From positions 1 to 64,000 of the forward strand of contig JBHHTW010000008.1 in NCBI GenBank assembly GCA_046861385.1: a DNA stretch of 64,000 nucleotides. The letters are read 5' to 3'. A program made the position numbers and the translations under genes. This document shows, one piece after another, positions 39,823 through 50,604 of the stretch (position 1 is its first letter; each line of letters opens with the position of its first letter). The notes below the pieces were generated by a model that was not told the DNA's origin, ran no database searches, and saw nothing but the letters and a program-made list of their open reading frames with translations. Source of the stretch: Fidelibacterota bacterium. Lineage in GTDB: Bacteria > Fidelibacterota > Marinisomatia > Marinisomatales > TCS55.

Positions 39823-42747
39823 TTATTTCACCAATATCATCTTAATTGTTTTTGTTTTCGACCCGGATGTCAAACGGACAAAATAGACACCACTTGAATT
39901 TGAAAAACTTTTCCACTGTATGGAATAATTCCCGGGATCCAGAGATTCATTAATTAGCGTCGAAACCAGTCGTCCGGTGACGTCAAATATCTGTAGAGAT
40001 GTCTCCTGCAATGATTCAACTGAAAATTGAATGGTGGTCGTAGGATTGAATGGGTTGGGGTAATTCTGATTCAAACTAAATTCTTGTGGAACCAAACCCT
40101 CTTCTTTTATATTGGATAAAATACCTTGCTCTGGTGGTTCAATGTAACTATCCGTATATATGTGAAATTCTCCCGGGAATAATGATATTTGATCACCAAC
40201 ATTTTGTACACTAAGGCTATCTCCCGAAAAATAATCATACCACATTCCAGCATGATGAAACTGGGGGGGAATGGATTGATTGATAACACCGAAATTGCCA
40301 ATAATCACCGCATTCATATCACTATGAGATAATCGAATCCGTTTCTTTCCAGTTGAACTGCTGACGGATAAAGACACATCAGTATCTGCACTGTGAAAAA
40401 CTGCGTTTTCTTTACGCAATTTGATTAATGCTTGATACACCTTATACAGTCTGCTACGATTTGTATTGTTGTAATAATTCCAAAGAATCGGTTTTTCACA
40501 AATACGGCACGGATCATCAATGCTAACATCATACCCTAATTCACCAAACTGCCAAAGCATTTTTGGTCCTGGAATGGTAAAGAAAAAAGCGCCAACTGCT
40601 TTCATCCTGTTTAATGCAGTTGATAATTGTGTAACATCGTAATCTCCCGAGCTGTCACCCCAAGTTAAATTTTTGTACATGAGTCGTTCTTCGTCATGGC
40701 TTTCAAAATAAGTGACTAAATGTGGATTGTTCCAACCTCTTGTTCCATAATAACCCCATGAAAAATCAGAATTACTGTTATAGCCCATTGCAGCTTCAGC
40801 ATAATTATAATTGGTATTCCCCCATAATAGCATACCATAATCAGCCAATTCCTTCTCTTCAGAGTTTACTGCCAGATGCTCCAAAATTACGTACGCCGTA
40901 GAATCAGCTTCCCAAATTTCATCAGCCATTCGTTTCAATATTCGAATTCGATCTGCATCATAATTGCTTCCCCAGGGATCATTTGATCCTTTGATATTAT
41001 TTCCAAACCCTTTGGTAAAATCAAACCGGAAACCATCTATTTTATATTCATCCATCCAGTAGCGGTTAATGCGGTCTACTAATTTTTGCGTATGAATACT
41101 TTCATGGTTAAAATCGTTGCCCCACTGAGCATCAGGATTGGTAAAGTTGGATTGGGTATTATACCATGGGTTTTGCGGTGTCGGCGGTCCCCACTCTTCT
41201 ACATTATATAAACGAACAAATGGTGATTGTCCATATGTATGGTTTAACACAATATCCATCACTACAGCAATTCCTCGATGGTGGCATTCATCGACAAACG
41301 CTTTTAATGCATTTTTCGGACCGTAATATTTATCGGGTGCGAAATAGAAAGATGGGTTATAGCCCCAGCTGGAATTGCCTTCAAATTCATTGAATGGCAT
41401 AATTTCAATAGCATTAATCCCCAGATTTTCAAGGTAATCCAGTGTATCAATAAGCGTTTGATAATCATGTCGAGATACAAAATCGCGAATAAGTAACTCA
41501 TAAATAATGAGTTCTTCTTTTGGTGGTCGTTCAAATGAATCGCTGTATTGCCAATTAAATGGGAGTTGATTTGTTTGCAAAACTGAAACTATATGATCTG
41601 TTTTGCCAAGGGGATATTCTTTGAGGTTTGGATAAGTGATATTGGGTATCCATGGATCATTCCATTTGTCCAGTATTTTATCCGTGTACGGATCTGCAAT
41701 CCTTATTTCGCCATCCACTAAGTATTGAAAAGCATATTCTTGTCCAGGGATTAGGTTGTCCAATGTGATCCAGAAATGAACTGAATCTGGTGATCCCACA
41801 TCTTTCTGCATGTAGTAATCTTCATCGACCGCCCAATCATTGAAATCGCCAATAACATAGATAAATTCTTTATACGGTGCAAATAATGATAATTGTACCG
41901 TACCAATACCGGCATCAATATATGTAATACCATCTTCAGTGCCCGTCGGTCGTTGGCTCTCAATCGGTTCATTGTGAACCATAATGTAAAACTGCGAGCT
42001 GTCTGTTAAACCTGCTGTATCCAACGCGACTGCTATTAGTTCATGCATCCCAAAGGAAAAATTTTGCAAAATTAAATCAGTTATCAATGTGTCCGATGAT
42101 GATTGCGAATGCAGAGAATCATCGACTAACAAAAGTAAATCAGAAATTTCAGTATTGATTGCTGCGCCAGTAATTGATACTGGAATTGTATCTGCTGGGA
42201 ATCCAAATACCGGCGCTCGCCGGGGATCTCTAAAAGAAAAATCTACAAATGGAGACACAACAATTGCTGTTACTCCGGGATCATACAAATCTAAAAAAAT
42301 ATCGGCACCTCCGATATCTCTTCCAGTTTGGCTTCCATCATGATTACGAAATACAAACGCCAATTGAAGAATCTGTTCACCATTCGGGACGCCATAATAA
42401 GTATGTGGAAACCCAATATCCAATTTCCAAAGATCATTTCCAAGAGGTGTTAATTGAGTATCGTCGGTATTTTCTCCCCAATTTGTTTTTACATATTTCC
42501 AATCACCAGGACTTGTGCTGTTAGTAGTTATTACGCCCGTATGAGCCCAGATATCACCCGAAAAACCCATGAGCCCCTGGTCGCCTTCTGTGGCGTCAAA
42601 ATATACGGTTATGGAATCTCCCTCCATTGCATAAAATGGATCCGAATAAACAACTTGAGCATTAATAGTCTGGAAAAACAAACCGCAAACCAAAACAATA
42701 ATTCCTTTGGTTTTCATCCGTAATGTTAGAATTTGTCTATCTTTCAT
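39823..42747 (-). CDS. Secreted GH13 alpha-amylase with T9SS type A C-terminal domain
   Basis: Signal peptide; IGDFNDW module; SWGYNP, DGFRFDFTKG, ILEH, ESHDEE; C-terminal QNYPNPFNPTT...SSGVYFVRL...KMILVK. Confidence 0.9.
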   Translation of the reverse strand: MKDRQILTLRMKTKGIIVLVCGLFFQTINAQVVYSDPFYAMEGDSITVYFDATEGDQGLMGFSGDIWAHTGVITTNSTSPGDWKYVKTNWGENTDDTQLTPLGNDLWKLDIGFPHTYYGVPNGEQILQLAFVFRNHDGSQTGRDIGGADIFLDLYDPGVTAIVVSPFVDFSFRDPRRAPVFGFPADTIPVSITGAAINTEISDLLLLVDDSLHSQSSSDTLITDLILQNFSFGMHELIAVALDTAGLTDSSQFYIMVHNEPIESQRPTGTEDGITYIDAGIGTVQLSLFAPYKEFIYVIGDFNDWAVDEDYYMQKDVGSPDSVHFWITLDNLIPGQEYAFQYLVDGEIRIADPYTDKILDKWNDPWIPNITYPNLKEYPLGKTDHIVSVLQTNQLPFNWQYSDSFERPPKEELIIYELLIRDFVSRHDYQTLIDTLDYLENLGINAIEIMPFNEFEGNSSWGYNPSFYFAPDKYYGPKNALKAFVDECHHRGIAVVMDIVLNHTYGQSPFVRLYNVEEWGPPTPQNPWYNTQSNFTNPDAQWGNDFNHESIHTQKLVDRINRYWMDEYKIDGFRFDFTKGFGNNIKGSNDPWGSNYDADRIRILKRMADEIWEADSTAYVILEHLAVNSEEKELADYGMLLWGNTNYNYAEAAMGYNSNSDFSWGYYGTRGWNNPHLVTYFESHDEERLMYKNLTWGDSSGDYDVTQLSTALNRMKAVGAFFFTIPGPKMLWQFGELGYDVSIDDPCRICEKPILWNYYNNTNRSRLYKVYQALIKLRKENAVFHSADTDVSLSVSSSTGKKRIRLSHSDMNAVIIGNFGVINQSIPPQFHHAGMWYDYFSGDSLSVQNVGDQISLFPGEFHIYTDSYIEPPEQGILSNIKEEGLVPQEFSLNQNYPNPFNPTTTIQFSVESLQETSLQIFDVTGRLVSTLINESLDPGNYSIQWKSFSNSSGVYFVRLTSGSKTKTIKMILVK

Positions 42748-42786
42748 TTTCAGATCATTCCGTTAGAGTGTTTGCCAATAAGGATT

Positions 42787-44577
42787 CTAATCGTTTGTAG
42801 AAAGATGCTTGTACCACGAGAAATACAATATGATTGTAAGTATACCGCAAATTATACCAAGAATCAAGGCGGTCGACCATGTTTTAAACATGAGACTCAT
42901 CATAAATAAAAAGAGTGTAATTTGCCACGGGACAGCAATAATAGTTGAAAATATATCTCTTTTATTTTCAGATTCAATGGCAAGTTGTTGTTGAGGACCC
43001 AACTGATTTTTGAATTTTCCCCATGTTCCAAAAGGGCGTGTTTTATTATAAAATTTTTGGAGAGTTTCATCGTCCGTCGGTTCTGTTAATAAAGTACCTA
43101 AAATTGTGCCAATCAATGATGCAGAACTAGATACCATAAACATCGTGTATTCCGTAACGCCTTCCGGAGCCATTGCTTTAAAAGCGATGGCAGAAATCAT
43201 ACCGGCTAACGTACCAATGGAAAATCCCCAGCCATTCATTCGGGACCAATACCAGCGCAGGAGCATGGGAATCAGCATTCCAGAACCAATACTCATGGTA
43301 ATCCAGCCCCATATGGCATTAATATTTTTAAATACCAGCATAGTAGCCAACCCCAATAACACAATCAAAACAGAAGCGCCATAACTATGGGCCATGAGCT
43401 GACGATTATTTGCTTTTGGATTAATATGAACCTGATAAATATCTTTTACCCAATAGGAGGCACCAGCATTCACCGTCGAGTCAAATGTTGACATTCCTGC
43501 GGCCATTAAACCAGCAACCAAAAATCCTTTAATTCCTACCGGTAGCGTTTCCACTACTTTCGGGAGAACAAGTTCAGGGTCTGTAACTTGGGTCCCAAGT
43601 GAAATACCAATCACTGCAATGGCTCCGATGAATACCCAGCGAAATGAGAGGAGGAACACCCATAGGGCGCTCAATAAACCTGCTTCCCGATCATTTTTTA
43701 CAGAGAAATATCTTTGAAGCATGTAATTACCAGTTCCGCCTGATCCTTCCAACACTACTTTTATCATGTAAAACATAACTGCAATGCCAAACAAATTGTA
43801 AATAGAATATTGGGATACTTCATCAATGGCAAGTTTGCTTTGGGGTAAAAAGCTGGACCATTCTCTGAAAGTCGTATCGAATCGTTGAAATGTTCCATCA
43901 AACATGGGTAATGAAATTGAAAAGGTTTCCGGCAAATTAATTTGGAGAGCAACATATGCCATATACATAATAGCGGAAAAAATAAACATACCCTGAAAAA
44001 CATCCGTCCAAACAACGCCATATAATCCAGATGCAACCGTATAGATCATGGCAATAGAAATCAATAAGGCGGCTGCCCAGAATTCAGATGGTAACCCGAG
44101 ATAATTACCAATTCCTAAAAATGAATCTAAGAATTTTCCGCCGCCAAGAGCAAAATAGGTCACCATAGCAATGGTCATAACAATAGAAGAAATTGCTGCG
44201 ATTAGACGCGCTGCTTCACCTTGTTTGCCATTTCCAAAACGGAGTTTCATCCATTCAGCCAAAGTCATGGCGCCGGAACGGGTATTCCACTTACCCATAA
44301 AAATCATCAGAAATGCCATAATCAGCGTAACGCCACCCCTGATTTCGATATAAAATCCTTTGGCGCCCAAAGCATAAATTAATGCTGCAATTATCATGGT
44401 TCCGGTAATGTCCAAATTCGACGACATCCCGGAGGATGCCAATGCCCACCAAGGTAATTTGCGACTGCCAAGGAAATACGAATCGATGTCTTCACTTGCT
44501 TTTTTGCGCATGAACAATCCTACAAGGACAATGGCAATTAAATAAATTAGAACAATGGTGTAATCAATGGCTGTCAT
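42787..44577 (-). CDS. Sodium:solute symporter (probable glucose/malto-oligosaccharide importer)
   Basis: YFLGSRKLPWW, GLYGVVWTDVFQ, QRYFS, AAGMSTFDS; inside the alpha-glucan operon. Confidence 0.85.
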   Translation of the reverse strand: MTAIDYTIVLIYLIAIVLVGLFMRKKASEDIDSYFLGSRKLPWWALASSGMSSNLDITGTMIIAALIYALGAKGFYIEIRGGVTLIMAFLMIFMGKWNTRSGAMTLAEWMKLRFGNGKQGEAARLIAAISSIVMTIAMVTYFALGGGKFLDSFLGIGNYLGLPSEFWAAALLISIAMIYTVASGLYGVVWTDVFQGMFIFSAIMYMAYVALQINLPETFSISLPMFDGTFQRFDTTFREWSSFLPQSKLAIDEVSQYSIYNLFGIAVMFYMIKVVLEGSGGTGNYMLQRYFSVKNDREAGLLSALWVFLLSFRWVFIGAIAVIGISLGTQVTDPELVLPKVVETLPVGIKGFLVAGLMAAGMSTFDSTVNAGASYWVKDIYQVHINPKANNRQLMAHSYGASVLIVLLGLATMLVFKNINAIWGWITMSIGSGMLIPMLLRWYWSRMNGWGFSIGTLAGMISAIAFKAMAPEGVTEYTMFMVSSSASLIGTILGTLLTEPTDDETLQKFYNKTRPFGTWGKFKNQLGPQQQLAIESENKRDIFSTIIAVPWQITLFLFMMSLMFKTWSTALILGIICGILTIILYFSWYKHLSTND

Positions 44578-44591
44578 AGTTTTTTCACTTT

Positions 44592-46238
44592 CTAATAATA
44601 TTTTGTCTGATAATCTCGAATCATTCGGAGAGCAGTAAACTGGACTCCGGTTTTAATAGAAGCCTTCATAATATTTATCCACGCTGTAGATTCACCATAA
44701 TATAGTGGTATTATTTCATTCTCTAATAGTTCATATAAATGGTTTGCGTCAGCCTCATCGTCTGGTGTGTCAGGATTTCCAATAGCCCAGCCGTTTATTC
44801 CATGGTCGCATCCTTCAGCCCACCATCCGTCTAATACAGATAAATTGGGAACACCATTTAGCGCCGCTTTCATTCCACTCGTCCCGGACGCTTCATTGGG
44901 CCGTAAAGGTGTATTTAGCCAAATATCAACTCCGGAAGTAATTAACCGTCCCAGCCACATATTGTAATTTTCGAGAAAAATTACTTTCACTTTTCCATAA
45001 AGCTTATTTGAGTTGGCGACTACTTCCCGAATAATACTTTTCCCTTGATCATCTTTTGGATGTGCTTTTCCGGCAAAAACAAATTGTACCTTACCATGGG
45101 ATAATTTGATGAATCGATCCATATCGGAAAATAATAAATGAGCTCGTTTATAAGTGGCAGCTCGTCGGGCAAAACCTATAGTTAACACCTGCCGGCTCAA
45201 TGCTTTCTGGACTTGGGCATTGGCATAACCCAACAATGTCCGCTTACGATTTGCATGAGCGACCAATAGTTTTTCATCCGGGATTGAATCTAAGTTCAAT
45301 AATTTTTCTCCTTCTTGTCTCCATCCCGGTAAATAATCATCAAATAATTCACGGTATTGTGGACAAACCCAATAGGGATGATAAACACCATTGGTAATAT
45401 GTCCAATTTTGAATTGAGGAAATTGATTTTGTGCCACTTTACCATGGAGTTCAGAAACACCATTGGCTGAACGACTAAAATACAACCCCAATTCAGTCAT
45501 GTGTAATCGGCTATTTTGAACCAATGATGGTAATTCAAGATTTTCAGGAATTAAATCATGAAGAAGGTTCTTAACTCTCTTTACTGAAAAATGATCGTGC
45601 CCGGCAGCAACGGGTGTATGGGTTGTAAAATGGCACTTCTTTCTTACTACTTGTTCATCTTTAAATTTGTCCAGCAGCCCAAGGGTAAGAAAAGAACAAT
45701 GCCCTTCATTCATATGAAATGTTTCGATGTTTTCCAAAATACCCAAGTGCTTCAATAAATGAATGCCACCAAAACCCAAAATAGCTTCTTGCATAATTCT
45801 ATGATCTTTGTTCCCGGAATATAGTCGTAAAGAAATGATTCTATCTTCTTCAGTATTACTATCCAAATCGGTATCCATAAAATAAATAGGAACTGTGTGA
45901 CCACTCAATCCTTTGTAGTCCAAACGAAATACTTCTACTTGGACGTTTCTGTCTCGAAGGTGGAGTGGAAACGTAAAATCCAGTTTTGTTAACAAGGGTT
46001 CTGGATCAAATTTTGGATAAGTCTCGGATTGATTTCCTTTTTCATCTATGCGCTGTTTGAAATATCCTTCTTTGTATAACAATGTAATGGCACAAAACGG
46101 CAGACCCTCATCCGTAGCTGCCTTAATATGATCTCCGGCCAAAACACCCAGACCGCCACTATAGGTAGGCAAGCTGGAACTAATTCCAATTTCTGCAGAA
46201 AAATAAGCAATTTTTATTTGTGATTCTGTTGAGGTCAT
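44592..46238 (-). CDS. glgP: Alpha-glucan (maltodextrin/glycogen) phosphorylase, short form
   Basis: YSGGLGVLAGDH, HMNEGH, FTTHTP, ITNGV, ARRAATYKR, AGKAHP, EASGTSGMKA. Confidence 0.92.
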   Translation of the reverse strand: MTSTESQIKIAYFSAEIGISSSLPTYSGGLGVLAGDHIKAATDEGLPFCAITLLYKEGYFKQRIDEKGNQSETYPKFDPEPLLTKLDFTFPLHLRDRNVQVEVFRLDYKGLSGHTVPIYFMDTDLDSNTEEDRIISLRLYSGNKDHRIMQEAILGFGGIHLLKHLGILENIETFHMNEGHCSFLTLGLLDKFKDEQVVRKKCHFTTHTPVAAGHDHFSVKRVKNLLHDLIPENLELPSLVQNSRLHMTELGLYFSRSANGVSELHGKVAQNQFPQFKIGHITNGVYHPYWVCPQYRELFDDYLPGWRQEGEKLLNLDSIPDEKLLVAHANRKRTLLGYANAQVQKALSRQVLTIGFARRAATYKRAHLLFSDMDRFIKLSHGKVQFVFAGKAHPKDDQGKSIIREVVANSNKLYGKVKVIFLENYNMWLGRLITSGVDIWLNTPLRPNEASGTSGMKAALNGVPNLSVLDGWWAEGCDHGINGWAIGNPDTPDDEADANHLYELLENEIIPLYYGESTAWINIMKASIKTGVQFTALRMIRDYQTKYY

Positions 46239-46240
46239 TT

Positions 46241-47773
46241 TTATCGCATCCTGTTACTTTCTTCAGTCAATTTTCTCATTCGTTTTATTAATTTATCTGA
46301 TAATTGGGCTTTTTGGAATCGCCATTCCCAATTCCCTTCAACCGTACCGGGTATATTCATTCGAGCTGTCGAATCCAAACCCAAAATATCCTGGAGCGGT
46401 ATAATCGCCGTATTGCTCTTTGAGTTCAACGTAAAGGAAATAAAATCCCAATTAATTTCAGACCCATCAGTATCAAGTAATTCTAAGGCTTTGTTTTTTT
46501 CAAAGGAAATTTCATCGGCAGATTGTTTATTCCCAACACCCGGTTTGGATTGAAACCATCCGATAGAGGTATCGTTGTCGTGGGTTCCCGTATATACAAC
46601 AATGTTTTCTTGATTTAATTCATGGATAGAGCCGTTGATATTATTATCATTTCCAAAAGACATTTGTAAAATTTTCATCCCGGGAATATTAAACATTTTT
46701 TTTATTGGCTCTGAATCCGATGCCGCTTCGCCTAAATCTTCTGCAATGATGGGTTTTGAACCAATACTCTTTTTCACGGCAGATAGTAATGTTTCTCCGG
46801 GACCTTTAACCCATTGAGCCTTTGCGCCATCGGATTTATCCATCGGTATTTCCCAATATTTCGCAAACCCGTTGAAATGATCAATCCTGACAACATCCAC
46901 TAAGGTAAATAAATGTTTAAACCGAGAAATCCACCAAACATAATTTGATTTATCATGAGCATCCCAATTATAAATAGGATGACCCCAAACCTGGCCTTCT
47001 TTAAGGAAAAAATCCGGTGGGCAGCCTGATTGAGATTTCATACACCCAAACTCATCCAGTTTAAACAGACCCGGGTTTGCCCACACATCAGCACTATCAT
47101 GGGACACATAAATAGGAATGTCGCCTACTATACGAATTCCTTTTTCATTGGCATAATTTTTCAACTGCTGCCATTGGGTATGAAATAGGAATTGTTGAAT
47201 TTTTAGTTTTTGAATATAGTCTCGTTGTTGATGTTGGATTTCCTTTTGATCGACTTCGTTAATATTTAAATATTTATGTTCCCACTTTGTCCATGTTTTA
47301 TTATTATGAATTTTTTTAAGTGACAGAAATAAAGTATACGTATTTAACCAAAACTCGTTTTTTTTACAATATATTTCATATTGCTGCTTTACATTTTCAG
47401 AGGCTCTTTCAAAAAAATGATTGCTTACAACATTTAGAATCTTGAGTCTATCCGGGATTACTGTCGTGAAGTCGACTTTTCTTTTAGAATATTTTTGGAG
47501 ATTATTTAACTCACTTTTCAGTAAATAACCATCTTCCAATAAAGAATCAAAGCTGATTAGAATTGGGTTATTTGCGAAGGCTGAAACTGATGTATAGGGA
47601 GAGCGATTTGATCCTGTATCACAGGTGGGCAAAATTTGCCAAAGGCGTTGTCCCATTTCAGCAAGTTGGTCAATGAATTTGAAAGCTTCCGGCCCTATTT
47701 CTCCTATCCCGTAGGCCCCCGGGAGTGAAGAAATATGAAGCAGAACACCGCTTTCTCTGGGGAAAAATTTCAA
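46241..47773 (-). CDS. malQ: 4-alpha-glucanotransferase (amylomaltase, GH77)
   Basis: SGVLLHISSLP, WQILP, GDIPIYV, RIDHFNG, IAEDLG, YTGTHDNDT, RMNIPG; TTG start. Confidence 0.93.
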   Translation of the reverse strand: MKFFPRESGVLLHISSLPGAYGIGEIGPEAFKFIDQLAEMGQRLWQILPTCDTGSNRSPYTSVSAFANNPILISFDSLLEDGYLLKSELNNLQKYSKRKVDFTTVIPDRLKILNVVSNHFFERASENVKQQYEIYCKKNEFWLNTYTLFLSLKKIHNNKTWTKWEHKYLNINEVDQKEIQHQQRDYIQKLKIQQFLFHTQWQQLKNYANEKGIRIVGDIPIYVSHDSADVWANPGLFKLDEFGCMKSQSGCPPDFFLKEGQVWGHPIYNWDAHDKSNYVWWISRFKHLFTLVDVVRIDHFNGFAKYWEIPMDKSDGAKAQWVKGPGETLLSAVKKSIGSKPIIAEDLGEAASDSEPIKKMFNIPGMKILQMSFGNDNNINGSIHELNQENIVVYTGTHDNDTSIGWFQSKPGVGNKQSADEISFEKNKALELLDTDGSEINWDFISFTLNSKSNTAIIPLQDILGLDSTARMNIPGTVEGNWEWRFQKAQLSDKLIKRMRKLTEESNRMR

Positions 47774-47790
47774 TTAATATTCCTTAAATA

Positions 47791-48624
47791 TTAAGCAATG
47801 AAACCGCTTGGATCTTGAGCCTGAGAAATCAATCTATCCAAATCAAATTCATCTTTTTGCATAATATTTTTTACAATCGGATTAATATCTATATCAAGAC
47901 GCTGCCCGGCTAAGGTAATATCCAAAACAATGTAATCTGATGCAATTTTTGTAATGGCCGGGTTTGAAGTCCAAATTGCACGTCCATTATGTTTGGACGC
48001 GCTTCCCATGATTGTCACTTTATGATCAATCACCATTACAATTTTGGGTTTCCAAATTTTCTGAATATCTTCTTCTTTCAACTTATATGAAATGGTTGTT
48101 CCTATAGGATGACTGATTTCGGAAAAAGAAAAAACTATAATATCAATATTCCGCTCATGAGCTGATTGTAATTCTTTGTACACTTTTTTGAATTCGCCGT
48201 TCCATACATTGATTATGATGGATGATTTTGCATTATTGATAGCTTCACGCATTTTAAAAATAAGATTGGCATATCCATGGATATGCCAAAAATCAAACGC
48301 TTCTTCATTTAAATCTAATTTATCTAATGCTGTTTTCAATCCGTCTATTTGGTCATCGTGCAAATTTTTTAAATGTTCTATCAGTGAATATGGAGATAAA
48401 GGGATAAACCGTTTTGGAGAATCTCCCTCAGAATTCACTATACCTTTTTTTTCTAATCGGTTTAATGTGGCATAAATTGCAGAACGGGGAATACCGGCAT
48501 CCTTGCTGATTTCGTAACCAGTTGCTGGATTATTTTGTATCAAGCTAATATAAGCTCTTGCTGCATTTGTCGATATACCGAATTGTTCCAGTAATAGTAT
48601 AATTTCTTTATCAGTATTTGTCAT
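47791..48624 (-). CDS. trmB: TrmB family sugar-responsive transcriptional regulator
   Basis: N-terminal wHTH ARAYISL..ATGYEISKDAGIPRSAIYATLNRLEKKG; C-terminal effector domain (AKSSIII..VID). Confidence 0.88.
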   Translation of the reverse strand: MTNTDKEIILLLEQFGISTNAARAYISLIQNNPATGYEISKDAGIPRSAIYATLNRLEKKGIVNSEGDSPKRFIPLSPYSLIEHLKNLHDDQIDGLKTALDKLDLNEEAFDFWHIHGYANLIFKMREAINNAKSSIIINVWNGEFKKVYKELQSAHERNIDIIVFSFSEISHPIGTTISYKLKEEDIQKIWKPKIVMVIDHKVTIMGSASKHNGRAIWTSNPAITKIASDYIVLDITLAGQRLDIDINPIVKNIMQKDEFDLDRLISQAQDPSGFIA

Positions 48625-48703
48625 AGTTCTTTTGAATTAATAATTTATTTAAAATTAATCAAATTCTGTTGAGCTGTTGGCTTGAATATACTTAAGTTAC
48701 AAA

Positions 48704-48727
48704 CAGTAACTCAATAGTGAGTTACTA
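48704..48727. promoter_or_regulatory. Palindromic operator copy 3 (candidate TrmB site)
   Basis: CAGTAACT-CAATAGTG-AGTTACTA between divergent trmB and the GH13-TBDR operon; extra half-site AGTTACAA at 48695. Confidence 0.75.
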
Positions 48728-48759
48728 ATAATTATAGTTATTTAGCTAAACACTTTTAT

Positions 48760-50604
48760 ATGAAATTCATACTTTGCTCATTGCTATCAAGTGCGATGTT
48801 TATAAAAGCCGAAAGCCCTGATTGGGCAAAGAACGCCGTCTGGTATCAAATTTTTCCTGATCGATTTTATAACGGGGATAAAACAAACGACCCCACATTA
48901 GAAAGCCTGATTGGGACATGGCCTTGGGAGCGTCAAGATGAATGGAGCCTTTCCCCCTGGACTTCAGATTGGTATCAATTTCAACCGTGGGAAAAAGAAA
49001 ACGGTAATGATTTTCGGTACCAGTTTCAAATACGCCGGTATGGTGGTGATTTACAAGGAGTAATTGATAAACTGGGTTATTTAGAACAATTGGGTATTAA
49101 TGCCATTTATTTTAATCCGATATTCGATTCTCCATCTTCCCATAAATACGGCGCAGCTTATTACCATCACATTGATAGATATTTCGGACCTGATCCTTAT
49201 GGTGATACCAAAATAATGGAATCTGAGACACCTGACGACCCCGAAACTTGGCAGTGGACAAGTGCCGATAAATTGTTTCTTGATTTAATTCAAAAAGCCC
49301 ATCATAAAAATATTAGAATTATCCTAGATGGCGTATTTAATCATGTGGGGCTCACATTTTGGGCATTTCGGGATGTAATCGAGAATAGAGAAAACAGCCC
49401 ATATTATTCATTATTTAATATTGAAGGTTCTGAATTAATGGACAAATCCCATCTCAACGATTATCAAACTCTACCTGATTATTTAATCCAAAAAGACCAA
49501 TCTCCCCTTCGATATACCGGCTATGTGGCAGATCTTCCAGCTTTTCGTCAGAATGAAGGGGGACCCGTTGAACCCATCCGAAGTCACATTCACCAGGTTG
49601 TTAACCGTTGGATGGACCCAAACGGTGATGGTGATCCATCCGATGGTATTGACGGCTGGCGACTGGACGTGGCAGAGCGCGTACAAATGGTATTCTGGGA
49701 TCAATTTGGCAAGTGGGTTCGGGAAATCAATCCTGAGGCGTATATTACCGGAGAAGTATGGTGGGAAGACTGGTGGAATAATAAACAATTTAATGCTTCA
49801 CCTTGGTTAGAAAATGGTCGATTTGATGCTGTGATGAATTATCGTTTTGGGGATGCCATGTTTAGATTCTTCATCAATCAGAAAACGCAAATTTCTCCAT
49901 CAAGCTTGGATAGTTTGCTGAATGGAATAATTTCAGATTATGGTTACGAAAAAACATTGGTGCTGCAAAATATATTGGACAGCCATGACATGGAACGTCT
50001 TGCGTCGGCTGTAGTGAACCCTGACCGATGGATTGATCATGGAAACAACGTTTGGTACAACCGCGAGTTTGATATTAGAAAACCCACGGCAAATGAAAGA
50101 CAAATTCAAAAGACCATTATTACATTTCAGTTTGTATTCCCCGGGGCGCCTTTTATATATTATGGTGACGAAGCGGGCATGTGGGGTGCCGATGATCCCG
50201 GCTGCAGGAAGCCCATGGTTTGGCAGGAGTTCATTTATGATACTGAAAAAGCTCATTTTTGTGACGAATTAGATGATTGCTCAGGTTCCCGGCCTGTCGA
50301 TGAAGTTTTTTTTGATGATGATTTATGGACCCATTATCACCAACTCATTATGTTACGTAAAAAACATAAATCCCTTTCAAGGGGAGAGTATCTAGTTGTT
50401 TACACTAATGATAAAACGGGTATATTTGCCTTTGAGAGACATCATGATAATGAACGAATTTTAGCAGTTTTCAACAGTTCAAAAAATTCGATTTTATTAA
50501 ATGATGATATTTTTCCTGAAAGCAGATCAAGTTGGAAACAGTTATTTGGTACTATTTCAAATAATTTAAATGCAAAAGATGCAAAAATATTTATTCATTA
50601 CTAG
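48760..50604 (+). CDS. GH13 neopullulanase/cyclomaltodextrinase-like enzyme with signal peptide
   Basis: PDWAKNAVWYQIFPDRF, YGGDLQG, LDGVFNH, DGWRLDVA, GEVW, DSHD, YYGDEAGM. Confidence 0.88.
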   Translation: MKFILCSLLSSAMFIKAESPDWAKNAVWYQIFPDRFYNGDKTNDPTLESLIGTWPWERQDEWSLSPWTSDWYQFQPWEKENGNDFRYQFQIRRYGGDLQGVIDKLGYLEQLGINAIYFNPIFDSPSSHKYGAAYYHHIDRYFGPDPYGDTKIMESETPDDPETWQWTSADKLFLDLIQKAHHKNIRIILDGVFNHVGLTFWAFRDVIENRENSPYYSLFNIEGSELMDKSHLNDYQTLPDYLIQKDQSPLRYTGYVADLPAFRQNEGGPVEPIRSHIHQVVNRWMDPNGDGDPSDGIDGWRLDVAERVQMVFWDQFGKWVREINPEAYITGEVWWEDWWNNKQFNASPWLENGRFDAVMNYRFGDAMFRFFINQKTQISPSSLDSLLNGIISDYGYEKTLVLQNILDSHDMERLASAVVNPDRWIDHGNNVWYNREFDIRKPTANERQIQKTIITFQFVFPGAPFIYYGDEAGMWGADDPGCRKPMVWQEFIYDTEKAHFCDELDDCSGSRPVDEVFFDDDLWTHYHQLIMLRKKHKSLSRGEYLVVYTNDKTGIFAFERHHDNERILAVFNSSKNSILLNDDIFPESRSSWKQLFGTISNNLNAKDAKIFIHY